A stretch of 64,000 nt of DNA from Poseidonia sp. (GTDB lineage Archaea > Thermoplasmatota > Poseidoniia > Poseidoniales > Poseidoniaceae), in contig CBFIDD010000001.1 in the NCBI GenBank assembly GCA_965661285.1, forward strand, positions 340,852 through 404,851. The letters run 5' to 3'. The notes beneath the pieces were generated by a model, which saw only the letters and a program-made list of their open reading frames with translations, made no database searches and was not told the origin of the DNA. The translations under genes and the position numbers were made by a program. Below, piece by piece: positions 10,140-18,287 of this stretch (within the stretch, counting starts at the first letter, position 1; each line of letters starts with the position of its first letter).

Positions 10140-10982
10140 ATGAACACACCCGAAAGCGACGTCGTGAAGGTCGAACTGCACCCCATCAGCGAAGAGAGCG
10201 ACCTCGGCTATTTTGCCTGCATGACCATCGACCGACCTGACAAATTGAACGCACTGAACGCAGAGGTCATGGCCTCCCTCAAAGCGGTCTGCGCCTGGAT
10301 GGAAGAAAGCGAGAGTGTGCGCGTGTTGGTCGTGACCGGCGCACCACCCAACCCACCGCCAGAAGGGAAGCGAGCCAAACCTCACGCCTTCGTGGCCGGT
10401 GCGGACATCACCGAATTCGCTGGAGCGGGAAGCGAGGTCATCCGAAAGCGATTCACCAACAACGCCGTTGAAGCGTTGTGGAATCTTAGCAAACCGACCA
10501 TCGCCATGGTTGACGGGTTTGCTCTGGGTGGCGGTTGCGAAGTGGCGTGTTCATGCGATATTCGTATCGCCAGTGAGCGCTCGACCTTTGGCACGCCTGA
10601 AATCAATCTCGGTTTGATTCCCGGATATGGGGCTACCCAGCGGCTTGAGCGCTTGGTTGGCTACGGCAAAGCCCACGAGATGATCATGACCGGCGATATG
10701 GTACCGGCCGAAGAAGCCCATCGCATCGGTTTGGTCAACCATGTCGTTGCCGCTGAGGAACTGAAAGAGACGGTCTTTGCCATGGCGAAGCGGATTGGAA
10801 GCAAATCGTCCCACGCTCTTCGTGTCGGAAAACAAACCGTGCGTGCAGCACTCGACGAAGGATTGACCGATGGCGTGGAAATCGAAGCCATCGCCTTTGC
10901 GGGCTTGTTTGACAGCGAGGACAAAGAGATCGGTGTTCAAGCCTTCATGAACCGGGAAACTCCGGTATGGAAGCATCGCTGA
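10140..10982 (+). CDS. Enoyl-CoA hydratase/isomerase (crotonase family)
   Basis: IDRPDKLNALN, AFVAGADI, ALGGGCEVACSCDIRIAS, FGTPEINLGLIPGYG. Confidence 0.93.
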   Translation: MNTPESDVVKVELHPISEESDLGYFACMTIDRPDKLNALNAEVMASLKAVCAWMEESESVRVLVVTGAPPNPPPEGKRAKPHAFVAGADITEFAGAGSEVIRKRFTNNAVEALWNLSKPTIAMVDGFALGGGCEVACSCDIRIASERSTFGTPEINLGLIPGYGATQRLERLVGYGKAHEMIMTGDMVPAEEAHRIGLVNHVVAAEELKETVFAMAKRIGSKSSHALRVGKQTVRAALDEGLTDGVEIEAIAFAGLFDSEDKEIGVQAFMNRETPVWKHR

Positions 10983-11098
10983 TGATGCTTCGCAACCAGC
11001 CCCCGTTTCAGGTCGAGCCTGTCGGCCAGGGGTGAGGGGGCACGCAATCGCCCCCCTCTTGTCCGAGAGTGTGCTCGGCCACGTTCTTCTATGTCGAT

Positions 11099-11569
11099 TC
11101 AACCCGTCGTACGAATGTTCTGCTCACGCAGGTATTCGCGGAAGTGAGGCATGTGCCGGCGATATTTTCGCTCAAACCACGCCTGAATGACGATGATGTC
11201 CGGTCGCATGGTGACGCTGTCAAACGCCCGTTGCGGCTTGCGCATCAATTCGGTCAACAACTGCTCATTTTTGGCAGCAATAGCGACTTGATCCGGGCAG
11301 CACGGCCCTAATGGCCGGCGCTTTGGCGCCACGACGGTGGTCGTTTCTGACCACTCTTGCTCCTCATCTGCATCAGCTTCGTTAGCTTCGGTTTCGGCTT
11401 TCGCTTCTGCCTCACGCTTTGCTCGTTCTGCACGTTTCCTCGCACGAACGTCCGGCTTCATCTTCTGTACGTTGTTCAGTTTATCGTACCGATAGTTGCT
11501 AGGCTTTCGGCCAGTTCGCTTGCTTCTTCCTTTCCGCTTGGTCTCCTCTTCTTTTTTGGTATTCCCCAT
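11099..11569 (-). CDS. Hypothetical protein, Lys/Arg-rich N-terminus, acidic linker, PCCP motif
   Basis: 156-aa ORF with GGGGG SD-like site upstream and its own TATA box; no family recognised. Confidence 0.7.
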   Translation of the reverse strand: MGNTKKEEETKRKGRSKRTGRKPSNYRYDKLNNVQKMKPDVRARKRAERAKREAEAKAETEANEADADEEQEWSETTTVVAPKRRPLGPCCPDQVAIAAKNEQLLTELMRKPQRAFDSVTMRPDIIVIQAWFERKYRRHMPHFREYLREQNIRTTG

Positions 11570-11709
11570 GTGTATTCCCCCAAATTCCTGTGCAGAATCG
11601 TCGAGCGATTCCGCAGTAAGGGTCGGATAATATCCGGTCAGGGGGTACGGGTCAATTCATGAGTGGGCCTCTTTTGAGCAAGTCTGCACAATTAATGTGA
11701 CTGCGACCA

Positions 11710-11723
11710 TATATAATGAAATC
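11710..11723 (-). promoter_or_regulatory. Putative TATA box (TTATATA) for the 11099-11569 gene, implying a ~120-nt leader
   Basis: Minus strand reads ATTTCATTATATA; the same 13-mer lies upstream of cdc48. Confidence 0.55.
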
Positions 11724-11747
11724 GCAAGATACCCCCAAAAATGGGCC

Positions 11748-12680
11748 TCACTCGTTCATTTCTTGTCGCAAGGCATCAAGTGCACTGCTTGCGGCGGGAA
11801 GAGGGGGAAGGGAAAGCGGCGTCCCGTCAGGAGCCAACAAAGGCGGCAATTCTTTGCCATCCGGTCCGATAAGGGCCGGGAGTTCTGGTTGGGCGGCTTG
11901 AGAGGACACGACCGATTCAAATCCGACGTCCAGCGGGAGGCGCAATTTGAGGATCCGCCCCTCATCGATTCGAACGAACGTGGCGCCGTAAACATGGCCC
12001 GGTTCGGGTTGCTCGGGTTCTACCAAAACGGTGTGGCCGTGTCCGGGCGTTTGCAACAACGCCACGAGGTCTTCGCCCGAGGCGTGCTCCTCCCACATGC
12101 GGGCGGTTGACGCTCGGATGTCAGCCATTTGGCCCATTCTGCGGCGCTTGATGCGCTCACGAATGGCTTCATGACGTTCTCTTCGGTCTCGAACCGTCAC
12201 TTCAATGTCGGCGTCTTCCACCGATTCGGGACTGACGTCGATGACATATTCGTCGGCAACGTGAACATCTTCCAATTCAACCTCAACCACGACCTCGTCG
12301 GTCTCATCTTCCTCAGCGGCCTGCGCCGCAGCAACCTGTTCAGCCGCTTGTGTGGCGGCGATTTTGGCGAGTTTGCGTTCCCTCAGGGTCGCACCATCAA
12401 GGCTGTCAGCGGTGACGGGTTCGGGAAGGTCGTCGTCAACCTCTTGTTCAACCACAGGTGTTTCTGGTTCAACCTCAACAGCCACCGGTTGGGCGGCTCG
12501 AGGTCGTGGCCGAGAAGCGGCGGTCGGTTTGCCACCGAGGTTGATCCACAAGAACGCAAGGACACCCATGGCGCCAACAAAGCCCCATTTTGCCTCGTCG
12601 GTGAGTTGACCAACGGTGGCGAGATAGAACACCAGGACAGAAAGGAACAACACACCAACGGCGGTCCTTGCAAATCCCAT
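11748..12680 (-). CDS. Hypothetical membrane-anchored acidic protein
   Basis: Two N-terminal hydrophobic helices, long Glu/Asp-rich region, Pro-rich C-terminus with two GPDG/APDG units; start after GGGTGAG. Confidence 0.7.
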   Translation of the reverse strand: MGFARTAVGVLFLSVLVFYLATVGQLTDEAKWGFVGAMGVLAFLWINLGGKPTAASRPRPRAAQPVAVEVEPETPVVEQEVDDDLPEPVTADSLDGATLRERKLAKIAATQAAEQVAAAQAAEEDETDEVVVEVELEDVHVADEYVIDVSPESVEDADIEVTVRDRRERHEAIRERIKRRRMGQMADIRASTARMWEEHASGEDLVALLQTPGHGHTVLVEPEQPEPGHVYGATFVRIDEGRILKLRLPLDVGFESVVSSQAAQPELPALIGPDGKELPPLLAPDGTPLSLPPLPAASSALDALRQEMNE

Positions 12681-12733
12681 GTCACTCACCCCTCCCAACC
12701 GCTGATTCTTTATGACGATGATGGAGTGTTTGC

Positions 12734-13402
12734 TTAATCCTCTGGGTCGTGCAGTGGCAACTGTCTAAGCAGGTCTTCAAGGGCACGTCGACGATGACTG
12801 AACTGATGTTTTGTAAACGGGCCTACCACACCAAACGTCTGTCCGTGCGTGCTGACGACGCCCAACGTTCCATCACGGACTGGTTCGCCGGATTCATCCA
12901 AATCCACAGGAATGAAAATCGGGTCAAAGCCGAAGCCTGCCTCACCACGAGGCTCCGTAGCGATGGCGCCTTCGCACACACCTTTCCCCGTCAACACTTG
13001 CTTGCCATCCCACAGCGCAGCCACGGCCTCAAACGAGGCAGAGCGGAGGTTCTTCACGCGGACGAGGTCGTCATCCACGAGGTGCGAAAGCAGGCGGATA
13101 ATGCCGTGGTTTCCGATGGTGGAAAACGCATAGGAAGAATAGACGCCTGGGAATCCATCAAGTGCATCAATGAACAGACCGGCGTCCTCGACCATCACCA
13201 TGTCCTCGTTGTTCGGCAGGTGCTCAATCGCCTGATTGATTTTCGACATCGCAACGGTTTCAAGGTCGTCGGCCTGCGGTTCAACGACCGTACCCTCAGG
13301 CAAATCAAGACCTTTCACGACGATGCCAAGTTCCCCAAAATGGTGTTGCGCTTCTTCCAATTTTCCGGCATTGGAAGTGAGAAACCACATGGTTCTGCTC
13401 AT
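12734..13402 (-). CDS. rdgB: Non-canonical purine NTP pyrophosphatase (RdgB/HAM1/ITPase)
   Basis: FLTSNAGKLEE, VEDAGLFIDALDGFPGVYS, GFGFDPIFIP, SHRRRAL. Confidence 0.93.
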   Translation of the reverse strand: MSRTMWFLTSNAGKLEEAQHHFGELGIVVKGLDLPEGTVVEPQADDLETVAMSKINQAIEHLPNNEDMVMVEDAGLFIDALDGFPGVYSSYAFSTIGNHGIIRLLSHLVDDDLVRVKNLRSASFEAVAALWDGKQVLTGKGVCEGAIATEPRGEAGFGFDPIFIPVDLDESGEPVRDGTLGVVSTHGQTFGVVGPFTKHQFSHRRRALEDLLRQLPLHDPED

Positions 13403-13500
13403 GCCTCGCCCTCGAGGCGACAGCCTATGACCATGCCCGTCGTGCGTGAACTGAAGGCGGCAAAGGAGGTTCTTTAGGCGGCCCGTCGGCTGTCGGGGCC

Positions 13501-13872
13501 ATGGTCTCCCAGTGGCTCCTTGTGGCGTTGGGAGGTGGCGCTGGAGCCGTTTTGCGATTTTACATCTCGGAAACGGTGCCCTCACAGGCTTTCCCTTGGG
13601 CCACGCTGAGCGTGAACCTGGTGGGCTCTTTTCTGCTCGGCGTCGTGATGGCAGCATCACTGCTCAACATCCTCGGCGAAACGGAAGCCCTCCTCCTCGG
13701 CATGGGTCTGCTTGGAGGGTTCACCACCATGTCGACCTTTTCGGTTGAAACCATGATGATGGCCGACGAAGGACGCTGGATGGCAGCAGCCACCTACTGC
13801 TTGGTATCGACCAGCATCGGGCCACTCCTGGCTTGGGTGGGTTGGAAGGGCGGGCAGGCGTGGCTTGGCTGA
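13501..13872 (+). CDS. crcB: Fluoride efflux channel CrcB/FluC
   Basis: GGGAGAVLRF, FPWATLSVNLVGSFLLG, GLLGGFTTMSTFSVE. Confidence 0.93.
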   Translation: MVSQWLLVALGGGAGAVLRFYISETVPSQAFPWATLSVNLVGSFLLGVVMAASLLNILGETEALLLGMGLLGGFTTMSTFSVETMMMADEGRWMAAATYCLVSTSIGPLLAWVGWKGGQAWLG

Positions 13873-13873
13873 C

Positions 13874-14992
13874 TCACTTCAAAATCGCCAGCATGCGGTT
13901 CAGCGCCAGCAGCGATCCCGCTTGGACAGCCTCAGGCACCACGATTTGATTGGGCACCTCTCCATCGACCAACCGCTCCAACACGTCCATCAAGTACGCC
14001 GGGTGAATCATGTACATCGTTGAGCACGGGCAAATCTCTTCGTCAAGACATTCAATGTGCTTGTCGGGATGTTCGGCTGCCAAACGAGCAACCATGTTGA
14101 TCTCGGTGCCAATAGCGATGCTGGAGCCTGCTGGCTGGTCGTTGACGAAGTTGCGGATGTATTGCGTTGAACCGTAGGCATCGGCGAGTTCAACGGTTTC
14201 GCGGGGACACTCGGGGTGAACGACCACGATGCCGTCAGGGTGTTCTTCTCGGAACGCCTCAACTTGTTGGGGCGTAAATCGCTTGTGAACCGAACAGAAA
14301 CCGTGCCAGAGGACAATACGAGCGCCTTTCAGCTCACCCATGGCGCCGATACCCGGCGTCCATGTTGGCATGCGGTCGGCCGAGATGCCCATCGCCAAGC
14401 CGGTGTTGCGTCCAAGATGTTGGTCGGGGAAGAAGAGAACAGCGCCTTTTGGACCGGCCCGTTCAAACGCCCAATTGAGGACACCCTCGGCGTTTGAGGA
14501 CGTGCACACAACACCCCCGTGCCGTCCAACAAAATCCTTCAGGTCGGCACTCGAATTCATGTAGGTGACGGGAACCAAATACGCCTCATCTTCCCCGACG
14601 GGTTGGTCGGAATCGCTGCGCGTGATGGGGTCGCTCAGTCCAGATTCTTGGATGATCTTCTCCCATGCGACCTCCACTTCACTCAGCGTCGCCATGTCCG
14701 CCATGGAGCATCCGGCTCGAAGATTCGGCAGGATGACATTTTGCTCGTCAGAGGTCAAAATATCGGCGGATTCCGCCATAAAATGCACGCCACAAAACAC
14801 GATGTGCTTGGCTTTTGACTTGGCAGCTTTCTGGCTCAGCATGAACGAATCGCCGAGAAAATCGGCATGCATCACGATGCTGTCTCGCTGGTAGTGATGG
14901 CCCAAGATGAGCAAATCGTCGCCCAATTCCTCCTTGAGTTCCTGAATCCTATCGGCAATCGCTTGCTCTTCAACCGACAGCGTGGTGTCCAT
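13874..14992 (-). CDS. nadA: Quinolinate synthase
   Basis: ILGHHYQ, FCGVHFMAESA, AGCSMADM, YMNSSA, FCSVH, VHPEC, CPCSTM (Fe-S cysteines); start inferred. Confidence 0.95.
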   Translation of the reverse strand: MDTTLSVEEQAIADRIQELKEELGDDLLILGHHYQRDSIVMHADFLGDSFMLSQKAAKSKAKHIVFCGVHFMAESADILTSDEQNVILPNLRAGCSMADMATLSEVEVAWEKIIQESGLSDPITRSDSDQPVGEDEAYLVPVTYMNSSADLKDFVGRHGGVVCTSSNAEGVLNWAFERAGPKGAVLFFPDQHLGRNTGLAMGISADRMPTWTPGIGAMGELKGARIVLWHGFCSVHKRFTPQQVEAFREEHPDGIVVVHPECPRETVELADAYGSTQYIRNFVNDQPAGSSIAIGTEINMVARLAAEHPDKHIECLDEEICPCSTMYMIHPAYLMDVLERLVDGEVPNQIVVPEAVQAGSLLALNRMLAILK

Positions 14993-15114
14993 GAAGTTGA
15001 CCGAACACATGGGGAGGCTCACCGTCATGGGACTCAACAAGCCTAAGCAGCGACCCTTTTTCAAGGAACGGATGAGCATGAATGTTCAAAAAGACGGGCT
15101 CGTTGACCCAGAGC

Positions 15115-15795
15115 ATGGCGTTCACCCCAACGGAGCGTTTGCATCTCGGTGCAGAGGCGGAAGTTTGGAAGGGGGAATGGTTTGGAAAACCCGCCGTTCG
15201 AAAGCAGCGTCGGCCGCGCTCGTGGCGCCATCCAAACCTTGACCACCGCCTAGGCGTTCGGAGGATGATCAGCGAAGCACGCCTGCTGATTCGTACCCGA
15301 AAAGCGGGCCTCTCGGTCCCCTCGGTGTGGGATTTGGATTACGAAGGCGGCCAACTCATCATTGAACACTTGGCCGGCAGGCCGCTCATCGAGGTTCTCA
15401 ACCACGAACAAACGAGTCAAGAAGAGGCGAAAACCATACTCCACCGTGTTGGTCATGCGGTTCGTCGCCTGCACCGAGAAGCGACGACTCACGGCGATTT
15501 GTCCAGCAACAACATCCTCATCGACGGTCAAGAGGTCCACCTCATCGATTTCGGTTTGGCTTCCATCGAGTACGATGTTGAACGCTTTGGCATTGACCTG
15601 CACGTGCTGGATGAAATCCTCGGAGCCTCTCACCCGCAATGGGAAGGCGCCATCGATTGGGTCGTGGAAGGCTACCTCGCAGCGGAAGAGGAATTGGGCC
15701 CGGCGCCACCCCTGCAGGGTGGGAGCGTCCCCTCAGCCAGCGAGGTGCATGCACGCCTTGAGGACATTCGAACCCGTGTTCGGTATCACGGTTGA
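15115..15795 (+). CDS. bud32: KEOPS complex kinase/ATPase Bud32
   Basis: LGAEAEVW, RHPNLDHRL, HGDLSSNNIL, LIDFGLA, C-terminal RVRY. Confidence 0.9.
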   Translation: MAFTPTERLHLGAEAEVWKGEWFGKPAVRKQRRPRSWRHPNLDHRLGVRRMISEARLLIRTRKAGLSVPSVWDLDYEGGQLIIEHLAGRPLIEVLNHEQTSQEEAKTILHRVGHAVRRLHREATTHGDLSSNNILIDGQEVHLIDFGLASIEYDVERFGIDLHVLDEILGASHPQWEGAIDWVVEGYLAAEEELGPAPPLQGGSVPSASEVHARLEDIRTRVRYHG

Positions 15796-17849
15796 CGTTC
15801 TTGGCGTCGCTCACTCTGCCGCTGCCACATGTTCCATGCGACCACGACGAAGGCGGCCAGCACACCGGCTTGAAGAACGATACTGGAATACAATCGCAAT
15901 TCTGGCTCCCAAGAGTGAATCTCCACCGAGACCCCCTCGTCGTCCATTTGGAAATACACGAGGTGCTGCTCCAAGACTTGAGGGCCCCACTGGTCGTTGG
16001 AATCCGAGGTCAAAATGTGGGATGTGTTTGTATCAAGTTCGGTGAAGTAGATTTCACGGTCGAGGTATTTTTCCTGCGGTGTAAGCGGGTTGTAATGGTC
16101 TCGCACTGACCATGCAAGGATGCCGTAATCAAGGGAGAGGTCCGAGACGTGGTATTTTGGGTTGCTTGCCAACCATTGTTCAGCCGTCGTTCGGTTGTAG
16201 AGCACCAAACGGTCGGTTGCCGAGACGTTCACGGTCACGGCAAGGTATTCTCGATTAAAGGCCATGTTTTGGATGCTGGCGTTCTCCATGTCCACCGGAA
16301 TTCCCCACGATGCGAGAAGGGCGTCTTCTTCCACCGGTGCGGTAGCGTTGATGAGGTAGGCGACTTGACCTTGGACGCCGAGTTGAATGATGTTGACGGC
16401 CATGGGCCTTTCGGCTGTGACATAGGCAATTTCCGAGCCGGTGCACTCCATGTTCTCGATGCTGGTGGGCCGCTCTTCGCCAAGCAGTGATTCACCGTTG
16501 AGGTTCATCACGTCCAGTACCCCGTCGGACGTGTAGGCAATGACCGTCGACCCTGCTTGTTCGCACAACAGCAGGTGTTCGTGCTCACCGAAGGGAAGGG
16601 CGGACAACGGCGTTTGCGGTTGGTTGACATCGTACACCATGAGGGTTGTTCCGTTAGAAGCAACCAATCGGTCGCCCTGCAGGGCATAGGTCGATGCCAA
16701 CGAAAGGTCAGGAACCTCCACCACGACGGGTTCAGAGAAGTCAAGCGAGAGGTCGTGAAGCAGGAGCGAGGCACCATCGGTTTGGTTGTCGAGGGTCACA
16801 AGCCAACCGTCAGCGGCGGCGGCGGCCTCGGGAGCCTCAACACCGCCGGCGGGAAGCGCTCGATGCGTCAAATCCCACGTGATGACGGCGGCGACGATCA
16901 CCAAGATGACCACAGCGATATGTCCGGTTTCACGGCTGGTGGGTGTTTTGTACTGAGCAAAAAGGCGACCGCACCGGCCCTGAATCCACGACCACGCTTT
17001 GCTCGGTTGGGTCAGCACGGTGACAACCCGTGCGTTCATGGTTCGCTCGTCAAAGAATTTCCACCAGGAATTCGAAGTGCGGTCAGCCATGGAAACGGCC
17101 GCCCCTGCGATGAGCATTCCCCCGATGATGTCCACGAACCAGTGAATGCCGAGATAGATGATGGTGAAGGCCGTGAGCAGGGTGTAGGCAAACACCGTGT
17201 ACCTGTATCGGTTCCAGCGGCGGTCTTCATCAAATCGCGTCAAACAAAGCCATACTGCGAAGGGGATGCCGATGTGAAGCGAAGGCATGCCGTTGGTGAA
17301 GGGGTCAATGCGTCGAAACCAATCGGCAATCTCCGGCGTCAACGTGTAGGCAAGGGTTTCCATCTCAGGGATGGTGTCGCCCGTCACTCGGACGTTGAAA
17401 AACAGGTAGAACGGGACGGCAAGAAGGTAGACCCAAGCGATGGAGAGCGTGACGCGGTCAGCAAGCCATCGTTCGTCAAAATAGGCAAAATAAAACACGG
17501 AAACATAGCAAATAAACATGAATCCTGCAACGTAAAAATGGGTCAATGCCGTCGTCAGCCAATCCGCCTCAAAGGTTTGTTGAACCCAGAGCACCAAATT
17601 GCCCTCAATGGCCCAGATGTACGGTGTCATGTCGAGGCCTGTGCTCGCCATCAACAGCCGATCGATTTGGTCAAGCGTGTCTTTTGCATTGTAGATGGCG
17701 AACACGATCAGGATGTGCACCCAGTACCTTCGAAAAAAGTCAACAAAGGGGGGAAGTGACAACCTGGCCCACGGCGGTTTGAACACCGGCAGCAAGATGA
17801 CGCCCAGCGCCAAAGCGCTGATCATCCAAGTCAGGTAGACGCTCTGCAA
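15786..17849 (-). CDS. PAP2-superfamily (Aur1/IPC-synthase-like) membrane protein fused to a large beta-rich extracellular domain with C-terminal TM
   Basis: YLFFNV, NGMPSLHIG, IYLGIHWFVDIIGG motifs; after a further TM, ~330 aa of short beta-strand repeats and a terminal TM plus basic tail. Confidence 0.8.
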   Translation of the reverse strand: MQSVYLTWMISALALGVILLPVFKPPWARLSLPPFVDFFRRYWVHILIVFAIYNAKDTLDQIDRLLMASTGLDMTPYIWAIEGNLVLWVQQTFEADWLTTALTHFYVAGFMFICYVSVFYFAYFDERWLADRVTLSIAWVYLLAVPFYLFFNVRVTGDTIPEMETLAYTLTPEIADWFRRIDPFTNGMPSLHIGIPFAVWLCLTRFDEDRRWNRYRYTVFAYTLLTAFTIIYLGIHWFVDIIGGMLIAGAAVSMADRTSNSWWKFFDERTMNARVVTVLTQPSKAWSWIQGRCGRLFAQYKTPTSRETGHIAVVILVIVAAVITWDLTHRALPAGGVEAPEAAAAADGWLVTLDNQTDGASLLLHDLSLDFSEPVVVEVPDLSLASTYALQGDRLVASNGTTLMVYDVNQPQTPLSALPFGEHEHLLLCEQAGSTVIAYTSDGVLDVMNLNGESLLGEERPTSIENMECTGSEIAYVTAERPMAVNIIQLGVQGQVAYLINATAPVEEDALLASWGIPVDMENASIQNMAFNREYLAVTVNVSATDRLVLYNRTTAEQWLASNPKYHVSDLSLDYGILAWSVRDHYNPLTPQEKYLDREIYFTELDTNTSHILTSDSNDQWGPQVLEQHLVYFQMDDEGVSVEIHSWEPELRLYSSIVLQAGVLAAFVVVAWNMWQRQSERRQERQP

Positions 17850-17924
17850 AGGGGCTCACTCCGTTATGTGGTTGCGGCGTCCCTTCATCAAAGCGTCGTC
17901 ACTTGTGACCACGGTAAGCGGGTT

Positions 17925-18278
17925 CTACCATGCACCGTGGACATACGGTTTACCACGATCGGGGTCGCGACGGTTGGCAAGGTCGTAGACGCGCTCGAAT
18001 CGGTAAATGCCGCTTGAACAACCTTGTTGCCACTCAAATGCCAACGCATACTTTCCAACCGTGCGAACCGAGGGCTTTTCTGCAGGAAGCGCCTCAATTT
18101 GACGTCGAAGCGTTCGGCTCGTGTCATCTTCGTTTCGCATCGGCGAGCACTTTGCGCATGGACATGCGTGGCGTAGGTCATCGTAGGTGACCGTGTATTC
18201 CTTCCCGTCGTCGTAGGTGAGCACCATGTCCTGAGCGCGGCGTTCAAGCTTCTTGAGGTTCGGTAGAATATCACTCAT
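17925..18278 (-). CDS. DUF971 / GBBH-like N-terminal domain protein
   Basis: LRHACPCAKC, VGKYALAFEWQQGCSSGIYRF match the DUF971 pattern LR..CPCA.C...VG.YAl...w.dgh..GiY. Confidence 0.85.
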   Translation of the reverse strand: MSDILPNLKKLERRAQDMVLTYDDGKEYTVTYDDLRHACPCAKCSPMRNEDDTSRTLRRQIEALPAEKPSVRTVGKYALAFEWQQGCSSGIYRFERVYDLANRRDPDRGKPYVHGAW

Positions 18279-18287
18279 TGGGCCACC

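Noticed and set aside
10979-11070. Box C/D sRNA starting at TGATGA
   Set aside because: The TGATGA overlaps the crotonase stop codon and no properly spaced CTGA box D follows.
13403-13500. Fluoride riboswitch upstream of crcB
   Set aside because: No GGCGATGG...TGATG..CTAC-like core or pseudoknot pattern visible; region looks like a plain divergent promoter.
13874-14992. nadA without nadB/nadC as a novel NAD pathway
   Set aside because: Operons are often dispersed; cannot be judged from one window.
16557-17759. Long antisense or alternate-frame ORFs (also 26329-27417, 28694-29845, 51675-52655, 58552-59607, 59839-60801)
   Set aside because: They shadow well-supported genes, lack motifs, and are expected from GC-rich codon bias.
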